Assembly (NCBI GenBank): GCA_039804105.1
Contig: JBDRZU010000002.1
Span: 192,001-256,000 of the forward strand
DNA from: a candidate division WOR-3 bacterium
Lineage (GTDB): Bacteria > Hydrothermota > 32-111
Length of the DNA: 64,000 nt
Direction of reading: 5' to 3'
This document shows positions 57,323 through 64,000 of this stretch, piece by piece. Positions within the stretch are counted from its first letter, which is position 1. Each line of letters opens with the position of its first letter. The notes under the pieces were generated by a model. It was given only the letters and a program-made list of their open reading frames with translations. It did not search any database and was not told the origin of the DNA. The translations under genes and the position numbers were made by a program.

Positions 57323-59098
57323 TTAAAATTTGATAAATTTGAAATTTTTATTTATATTATTGTCTTTATAAACCACAAAGAAAATTCCACTTTTTCCTAA
57401 ATCTTTTAAATCATTTTCTCCTTGATAAAGTGTTTTCAGAATTCTACCATTACAATCTACAAGTTTCGCAGAGTTTATATTTTCAAGGATTATTTTATTG
57501 CCAGAAAGATAAATTTTCCCTTTGCTTTCTTGTTGTTTTATAATAATATCTTTTCGCGAGTTTTCATTGGTTCTTGTTAGAGTAAATTCAAGATCGTAAT
57601 CGAAAAAGTTTGAAAATGTTTCTTTTATCAATTGATCAAGATTTTTATAATCGATATATTCTATCGGAAAACCAAAGAATACAGATTTATGTGTTTTTGC
57701 AATATTGTTGACACCAACATATATTGGTGCCTTTGACTTACCAAGATAGTAATTCACGTTTACAAAAGTGTCTCTTGGAAAAGGCATAACATAGTCAACT
57801 TTGGATGAGGTCGCTTCAACTTGTTGAATTAAAGAAGTATATGGATTTAACGAATAAAAACTTGTTTTATCTGCTGTAAAGAAAACATCATCATATATAC
57901 TTGACCTATAATCAATCCATAAGAAATATGCTAAAAAAGGAAATTCATCAGTTTGAACATTTTGTCCTGGAATTCCATATGACTGTGCAAGGTTTTCTCC
58001 AGAAACAAGAATGTTCCCTCCATAGGTAAGGTATCTTTGTAAATTGAATGTATCATCAGGCAAAATAAATGGTTCACCATATTCTCCTGTATAAAGTATA
58101 ACCGTTGTAAATTTTGAAAGAAAAGTATAGTTTGGATATGTTGCAGTTGACTTTAAATTTATATAATAGTATTCAATTCCGTTATTATTAAGTGCTTTTA
58201 AAAGTTCATAAGTCGCTTTTGCCACCTGTCCATCATCCTGTATCACAAGAGTTCTACCTATCGAGAAGAATCTCAAAATGTCTCTTAAATAACTTGTTCT
58301 TATTAGGATATTCTTCATAGAATCTGGTATATCTTTACCCTGTTTATATGGAAAAGCATAAGCACCAAAATCTGTTGTTTGCATCACTGTTTTTCCAGGA
58401 AAATAGTAAGGTGCTTTCGATTCTGGTGGTGTATACGCTGTTGCAGTTGACCTATAAAGTTTTCCTTTTGCGTTGAAAACAAGGAAAGGATAATAGTAGG
58501 GTTCCCCAATTCCATAAAAGTTCCCAAGTTGGTCTATAGAATAATCAGGGGGAGTTCCCGCTGGGTAAACAAATTCATAATACCTGCAAAAGTTTGATGT
58601 TGTATCAGTGTAAACAGTTTCAACATAAGAATAGTTTGTACCACCACTATAAAGAAGATAATTGTTAAAATAGTAATTCAAAAAATTTTTATCAGTTCTA
58701 TCAAGATAATCTGCAATGTTGTTACCTTCAAGGTATAGGCAACCACCACTGTCAAGATATTCTTTGAGTTTATCTATATCACTTTGGGAAATAATCGTAG
58801 TCAAAGCGAGACGAGGACCACATGTAACAAAAACTGCACCATACAGTAATAATTCTTCTATAGGTGGTAATGTGCTATTTATATCAAGATTATGAGAATC
58901 TTTTGAAAACCCAAGAATTGCGAAAGATTGTCTTAGATTTTCTTCATAACCTATATATTTATCAGGATTATCTGGATCTTGAAAAGTAAGTCCATTATCG
59001 TTATCCCACAAAAATATTCTCACATTACTGAAATTTTGAGAAAATAGTATTACAAAAATCACCAAAAAACTTAATAAAAATATAACGGATTTTTTCAT
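57323..59098 (-). CDS. Secreted hypothetical protein with two similar alpha/beta domains and a T9SS-like CTD
   Basis: Signal peptide, YLDSGGCLYLEG and YLTYGGNILVSG motifs, CTD VDCNGR...SGIFFV...KFIKF. ATG 59098 follows AAGGAGG. Confidence 0.7.
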   Translation of the reverse strand: MKKSVIFLLSFLVIFVILFSQNFSNVRIFLWDNDNGLTFQDPDNPDKYIGYEENLRQSFAILGFSKDSHNLDINSTLPPIEELLLYGAVFVTCGPRLALTTIISQSDIDKLKEYLDSGGCLYLEGNNIADYLDRTDKNFLNYYFNNYLLYSGGTNYSYVETVYTDTTSNFCRYYEFVYPAGTPPDYSIDQLGNFYGIGEPYYYPFLVFNAKGKLYRSTATAYTPPESKAPYYFPGKTVMQTTDFGAYAFPYKQGKDIPDSMKNILIRTSYLRDILRFFSIGRTLVIQDDGQVAKATYELLKALNNNGIEYYYINLKSTATYPNYTFLSKFTTVILYTGEYGEPFILPDDTFNLQRYLTYGGNILVSGENLAQSYGIPGQNVQTDEFPFLAYFLWIDYRSSIYDDVFFTADKTSFYSLNPYTSLIQQVEATSSKVDYVMPFPRDTFVNVNYYLGKSKAPIYVGVNNIAKTHKSVFFGFPIEYIDYKNLDQLIKETFSNFFDYDLEFTLTRTNENSRKDIIIKQQESKGKIYLSGNKIILENINSAKLVDCNGRILKTLYQGENDLKDLGKSGIFFVVYKDNNINKNFKFIKF

Positions 59099-59120
59099 AA
59101 AAACCCTCCTTTGTATATTT

Positions 59121-59198
59121 AGATTAAACCAAAAGTAGTTTGAAGTCAAGGAAAATTTAAAAAAACACCTTGACTTTTTGTAAAAAATTATATAAAAT
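59121..59198. promoter_or_regulatory. Back-to-back divergent promoters: TTGACT-N17-TAATCT (minus) and TTGACT-N17-TAAAAT (plus)
   Basis: Both -35 boxes are TTGACT, and both downstream genes have an AAGGAGG RBS. Confidence 0.5.
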
Positions 59199-59216
59199 TT
59201 TACAAAAGGAGGAAAT

Positions 59217-62200
59217 ATGAAAAAATTTGTAAACTTTTTGATTTTACTCTTTTTTATTCAATTATTTTCTTACGAGTTAAGAAATGAACAAAATCAAAAA
59301 GATTTTGAGGTTCCATTTATTCCTTTTTCAAAAAAATTGATTTTCGACTATGAAAAAAATGTCCTTGTGGTTCATCAGAAAGATATAAAACCTGAAGGGT
59401 TAAATTTTATATTACTCTCTTTAGGATACCAATATTCCAACATTGTGAATGAAGACAACTCTTTTAGCACTGTTAAACATCTTATCGATTCAATTGAAAA
59501 CATAAAAAAACTATGCTGTATAATCCTTATAGGCGATGAAAATAGAATCAATCCTTATAGAAACTGTTTAAATCCTTACACTTTAAAATATTTCTCATCA
59601 GACCTTTTATTTTCAAACCCATTTTATGATACTCTTTTTGTTCCTGTCTCGAGGATCCCTGTTTCAAATCAAGAACAACTAAACATTTATATTGAAAAAT
59701 TGAAAAATTTTCTTTTTGATAACTCAACTGTTGATTTTATTTTTTCTTCTCCTTTTTATGATTACAATTCTGACTCAACAGAAGATTATCTTTATTTCAC
59801 ATATCCTTATTTCATAAATAAAGTTTTAAAAGGAAAGATATATGGAGAAACAAATTCTTCTTTTCCAAAATACACTTACACATATGAGAAATTACCTGAT
59901 TCTTTAATGTTTCCTAAATACAACTGGATCTTCGAGTTAAACATGTTGAATCAGGAAACAGACAACTTCATCTTTACATATAGAGGTCATGGTAATACGA
60001 TTTCAACAGTTCTTCCAGATTTTTCATTAAGTGATATCTACTCTTTAAATTTTTCAAAAAGTGGAATTTTTCTTTTCTTTTCCTGTCTTGTTGGTAGTTT
60101 TGATAAAACAAATTCAAACTATGAAAGATCTTTCTCTGAGTCACTTCTTGTTTCAGATTGTAATTCGATACTCACCTTTTCATCCTCATCAGAAACTTTT
60201 TACCAATATAACAATTATATGATGAACAAATTTTTTGATTTTTTTGACGATAACTGTTTTAAACTTGAAAAAACGGAAAATGAATCAATCTTTTTGGATC
60301 TGTACACCAAATTGGTTTTTTCGTTTTTAAATTACGCTGGTATAAACGATTATTCCATCTCCCAGATACTTTCATACAATATTTTTGGGGTTCCAATTTT
60401 GAACATGAAAAAATCTTCTACAAACAAACCCTATCTTATTTCAAACTATTACAAAATATCAGATTCTTTAATAGAAGTAAACATTCTACAACCCTGCAAA
60501 ATAAACATTTTTTCAAAGGAAAAGATTCTTGATACTTTTTACTTCTCTGAACCTACGAAATTCTGCTACAGATTTTTCAACTTAAAACCTGAATCTTTCT
60601 ACTATATTTCATCTTATAAAAATGGTGTTTTATTTATTGATTCGTTCTATCTGGATCGTGATTCTATTTACATAGATACAATCTTTTTTTCAGATAGTTT
60701 ATCAAACAATAACGATATGATAGAGGAGGGTGAACCAATACAGATTTATTTCAAACTAAACTGTAACATCGATCAACAAAGGATAAGTATCATCTCAAAC
60801 TCTTGTGAAATTATCGAAAATATAATTTTCGATAAAGAGTTTTATAAAGTAATAGTAAAACCTTTAAAAGGTATAAAGAGTTTAGATTTAAATATCATGA
60901 TTGATTCGTTTAATTTTTATTTTTCCTTTCCTGTAAACATGTTCAGAATAGTTATCGATTCAATAATATCTAATGAAACTGTAATTTTTTATGAGAACCA
61001 GGAATATCAACTTGGAATTTTAATATCAAAAGTAAACGACTTTCCTTCAGAGAGTATTCAAATAAAATTTTTAAATAAGGGTTATAAAGTTTTAAAAGAT
61101 ACTTTTTGGATAAAAACTCCATTCGAAGAGGTTATTATATGGAACTATTTTACATTTTTTAATGACACAAATCAGATAACGATTGAATATTCTACCGGTT
61201 TTATAAATGATACAATTTCAATTAAGATTTTAACGAGCAAAAGATTTTCCATGTTTTTTTTCGATCCTTTAAACAACTATCAAAACTCAAACTTTTTAAC
61301 ATTTTTAAAAGATTCGATGAAGATTTTTGTAAACATTTCAAACAGAATCGATACATCGATCTTTTATTCTTCATACTTTTTCTCTTATGGAGTATATCCG
61401 AAGATATACCATATTACTTCGACTGAATCAAAATTCATCGAAAAGTTGGCTTCTTACAACATTCCTTTAATAGTCGAAGGAGGAGATGTTTTTGGATACG
61501 ATAAAGAGGGAAAAAGGATCAAAGAACTTTTCAACATAAATGAATCATATGATGGGAATTATCTTTATAAAGGAAGCAATCTCAAGATCCTGCCTTTAAA
61601 CTTAGATGTATTGTACGATACTACAAACAACTATATGGATTATTATATAACAGATCAACCTGTTCTTACTTATGAAAATAAAATTTTTGGGTCTTTGAAA
61701 GATAACAGAATAGCACAATCTCCACTTTTAAAAAACTTAAAATATCTTGACGAGAATATACTTTACTATCATTACACTTTATTTCTGTTCGATTTTCATG
61801 AGGGAATCTCTTTTAAAGAGACGATTGATATCTCAATAGATAAAATTTTTGAAATATGTTCAAATGTTGATAATCCTCAGTTAATCTTCTGTACTTCTCT
61901 AAGTAGTTTTATAGATTCAATTAAATTTGAAAATGGCAGGGTTATATATCCTTACTCTAAAAAAACAATAAAAATTTTTATAAAAAGGAATTCTCCTCCA
62001 TTTTTCACAAAAATAGTTTTATCAACAGGATTTTCTGAATATACATTATTTTTAAAATACACTCCATACACCCAAACAAAAAAAGTAAAAGTAAAAGAAA
62101 AAGAAATATTGAAAAGTGAAGACAAAAAAATCTATTTCGACAGAATAGGAAGAAAAGTTTTCAAAAATGATTTGAAAACTTTTGATATCTATTTCACTGA

Positions 62201-62231
62201 AGATAAAAAGATATTAATTCTAAAAAAATAG
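59217..62231 (+). CDS. C25 (gingipain-family) cysteine peptidase-domain protein with a degenerate CTD
   Basis: IILIGD, SDLLF, VSRIP, catalytic YRGHG and FSCLVGSFD, NIFG. Signal peptide. Confidence 0.78.
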   Translation: MKKFVNFLILLFFIQLFSYELRNEQNQKDFEVPFIPFSKKLIFDYEKNVLVVHQKDIKPEGLNFILLSLGYQYSNIVNEDNSFSTVKHLIDSIENIKKLCCIILIGDENRINPYRNCLNPYTLKYFSSDLLFSNPFYDTLFVPVSRIPVSNQEQLNIYIEKLKNFLFDNSTVDFIFSSPFYDYNSDSTEDYLYFTYPYFINKVLKGKIYGETNSSFPKYTYTYEKLPDSLMFPKYNWIFELNMLNQETDNFIFTYRGHGNTISTVLPDFSLSDIYSLNFSKSGIFLFFSCLVGSFDKTNSNYERSFSESLLVSDCNSILTFSSSSETFYQYNNYMMNKFFDFFDDNCFKLEKTENESIFLDLYTKLVFSFLNYAGINDYSISQILSYNIFGVPILNMKKSSTNKPYLISNYYKISDSLIEVNILQPCKINIFSKEKILDTFYFSEPTKFCYRFFNLKPESFYYISSYKNGVLFIDSFYLDRDSIYIDTIFFSDSLSNNNDMIEEGEPIQIYFKLNCNIDQQRISIISNSCEIIENIIFDKEFYKVIVKPLKGIKSLDLNIMIDSFNFYFSFPVNMFRIVIDSIISNETVIFYENQEYQLGILISKVNDFPSESIQIKFLNKGYKVLKDTFWIKTPFEEVIIWNYFTFFNDTNQITIEYSTGFINDTISIKILTSKRFSMFFFDPLNNYQNSNFLTFLKDSMKIFVNISNRIDTSIFYSSYFFSYGVYPKIYHITSTESKFIEKLASYNIPLIVEGGDVFGYDKEGKRIKELFNINESYDGNYLYKGSNLKILPLNLDVLYDTTNNYMDYYITDQPVLTYENKIFGSLKDNRIAQSPLLKNLKYLDENILYYHYTLFLFDFHEGISFKETIDISIDKIFEICSNVDNPQLIFCTSLSSFIDSIKFENGRVIYPYSKKTIKIFIKRNSPPFFTKIVLSTGFSEYTLFLKYTPYTQTKKVKVKEKEILKSEDKKIYFDRIGRKVFKNDLKTFDIYFTEDKKILILKK

Positions 62232-62232
62232 T

Positions 62233-62260
62233 TTGACTTTATCATATCAATTTTTATAAT
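62233..62260 (+). promoter_or_regulatory. sigma70-type promoter TTGACT-N16-TATAAT, probably leaderless
   Basis: -10 box followed by 7 T and then ATG 62268. Confidence 0.65.
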
Positions 62261-62267
62261 TTTTTTT

Positions 62268-63308
62268 ATGCGTATAATCATTTTAACATTTTTTTTACTT
62301 TTGTGTGAAAATCTATCTGGCTATACTATTAAAAAAAGTGATCTCGTACTTTATTATGATACTCTGACATTACAACAAAAAGTTTCTCAACTTTTCATAG
62401 TTTACAGAAACGACCTTAACTTCACAGAAAATACACCCGGTGGAATTATCCCATCAAGAAACCTTTTAAAGAAGATATATTACAAAAAAATTCCCGTCAA
62501 CTCTTTAACAAAAAACTTTAAAGTTCCGCCTTTGATATGCATTGATCAGGAAGGGGGAAAGGTTGATAGATTATCATTCATAGAAAAAACTCCCTCTTTA
62601 AATTCGATTTTTCATGATTATGAAAGAAGAGAAATAATTATAAAAAATATGGTTTTAAACCAAAAAAGGTTAGGTATAAATTTAAATCTCTCACCTGTTC
62701 TTGATCTATCCTATCAACAAAAATCGATGATGCGAAGAACAGACCGAACGATTGTATCAACTGTTGATTCTATAAAAGAGTTCGTTGATTTATATATCTC
62801 TCTTCACAAAAGTATGAAAATATTAAACTGTGTAAAACATTTTCCAGGCTATGGAGAAACTTTCGATAATTCAGATGTAGTTATACCAAAATTTAAAGGT
62901 GATAAAGAACTGTTTGAGAAAAATATAAATCTATTTTACCATTTTTTTGATAAGGTTTCATTTGTGATGCTTTCAAACATAGTTTATCCATTTCTCGATA
63001 CTCTACCTGCTATAAGATCACAAAAAATAGTAGAACTTGTTCGAGATAAGAATAAAGATATTGTTATAATTGCTGATGATATAGCATCAAAATCAAACAA
63101 AAATCCATTTTTAGTTTTAAAAGAATCTTTTAAAAGTGGAGTCGATATGTTTATTCTCATGAACGATACTCTTTTTGAATATATGGTAGATTCACTTTCT
63201 TTTTGGATCTCAAATGGAGAGATTTCCAAAAAAGATATCGACGAAAAACTTTTCAGAATAATGTTGAAAAAAGAATATCTTTTTAATTTTATAAAAAACC
63301 GAAGTTAG
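62268..63308 (+). CDS. Glycoside hydrolase family 3 N-terminal-domain protein (NagZ-like), exported
   Basis: IDQEGGKVDRL, NLSPVLD, KHFPGYG, IIADD and GVDM motifs. Confidence 0.85.
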   Translation: MRIIILTFFLLLCENLSGYTIKKSDLVLYYDTLTLQQKVSQLFIVYRNDLNFTENTPGGIIPSRNLLKKIYYKKIPVNSLTKNFKVPPLICIDQEGGKVDRLSFIEKTPSLNSIFHDYERREIIIKNMVLNQKRLGINLNLSPVLDLSYQQKSMMRRTDRTIVSTVDSIKEFVDLYISLHKSMKILNCVKHFPGYGETFDNSDVVIPKFKGDKELFEKNINLFYHFFDKVSFVMLSNIVYPFLDTLPAIRSQKIVELVRDKNKDIVIIADDIASKSNKNPFLVLKESFKSGVDMFILMNDTLFEYMVDSLSFWISNGEISKKDIDEKLFRIMLKKEYLFNFIKNRS

Positions 63309-64000
63309 ATTCCAATTATCGAAACATTGTTTACAAACTGGGTCATTATATCTCTTGCTTTTTTTAACTCTTCAGGTTTGTAAGGTTTAATCATTTTAAA
63401 ATCATCATTTAAAGTTTTAATGTTTCTGAACTGCTGGATTATATATTTTTTTGCACCTGCGATTAAAACACCGATCTCCCTTATATCTTCGAGTGTTACA
63501 AGTTGTGGAACCATTGTAGTTCTGAATTCATAATCAATTTTGGAATTTAATAAGATATCAACAGAATTTTTTATCCTGTCAAAATCAAGGTTTATTCCAG
63601 AAGCAATTATATATTTTGAAGGAGATGTTTTTATATCCATAGCAACATAATCGACAAGATTTTTTGTTAAAATTTCTTCAAGAATTTTTGGAGTGTATCC
63701 GTTTGTATCAACCTTTATTGGAAGTTCAAACCTTTCCTTCAAATTTGCTATGAAATCAATAACATCTTTACTCATTAAAGGTTCACCACCTGTTATACTG
63801 ATACCTTCAATAAAATTTTTTCTCTCATCAAGAAGAGAAAACAATTTATTTTCATCTATCGTCTGTATGATATCAAAATCTTTTACAAGTTCAGGATTAT
63901 GACAGAAAGGGCACCTGAAATTACATCCAGCAAGAAAAATTGTGGATGAAACTTTCTCAGGGAAATCGAGTGTCGTTATCCCTTGAAACCCTTTTACAGT
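63305..64000 (-). CDS. nrdG: Anaerobic ribonucleotide reductase activating protein, radical SAM (start beyond the window edge)
   Basis: Frame is open to the window end: KGFQGITTLDFPEK...GCNFRCPFCHNPEL, ITGGEP, KVDTNG, DYVAMDIK, YEFRTT. Confidence 0.88.
   Translation of the reverse strand, partial: TVKGFQGITTLDFPEKVSSTIFLAGCNFRCPFCHNPELVKDFDIIQTIDENKLFSLLDERKNFIEGISITGGEPLMSKDVIDFIANLKERFELPIKVDTNGYTPKILEEILTKNLVDYVAMDIKTSPSKYIIASGINLDFDRIKNSVDILLNSKIDYEFRTTMVPQLVTLEDIREIGVLIAGAKKYIIQQFRNIKTLNDDFKMIKPYKPEELKKARDIMTQFVNNVSIIGI

Noticed and set aside
8698..59149. Longest-ORF starts at 8712, 9391, 17519, 17526, 33657, 36476, 41396, 44960, 55783 and 59149
   Set aside because: Downstream starts fit better with RBS or promoter position, signal peptides and neighbouring gene overlaps.
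672..63902. Dozens of short ORFs (60-160 aa) antisense to or nested inside long genes
   Set aside because: They are shadows of well-supported genes, with no recognisable motifs or RBS.
1..64000. Stop-codon reassignment
   Set aside because: Conserved genes are full length in code 11, and TAA, TAG and TGA all end genes at the expected positions.

Overview
AT-rich, very gene-dense bacterial chromosome segment with many overlapping genes. It is from a diderm cell with Type IX secretion (T9SS)-like C-terminal sorting domains. An FCB-related candidate lineage such as WOR-3/TA06 is my inference and is unverified. Housekeeping genes: secDF, yajC, fmt, purF, malic enzyme, rdgB, manC, a 12-gene run TPR-pyrKDFE-yebC-ruvCAB-DUF2905-queA-tgt, nnr, a tRNA nucleotidyltransferase, nrdG and four tRNAs (Pro, His, Arg, Lys). 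Envelope and secreted genes: a bioY/Lol-like ABC operon, alpha-2-macroglobulin, an LVIVD-repeat protein, a C25 peptidase and several predicted outer-membrane proteins. I see no CRISPR array, rRNA, intact transposase, integrase or reverse transcriptase. The most notable observations are: (1) an LVIVD / alpha-2-macroglobulin / soluble-adenylyl-cyclase-STAND-TPR operon; (2) a 0.9-kb T9SS-cargo cassette of foreign composition, 5'-truncated and frameshifted, next to a GC-rich mobile-end-like motif; (3) the rdgB stop codon lies inside tRNA-Pro; (4) an Ig-like segment is inserted in SecF; (5) sigma70-type promoters recur with a 16-bp spacer and many transcripts look leaderless. All calls come from reading motifs by eye, with no database searches.
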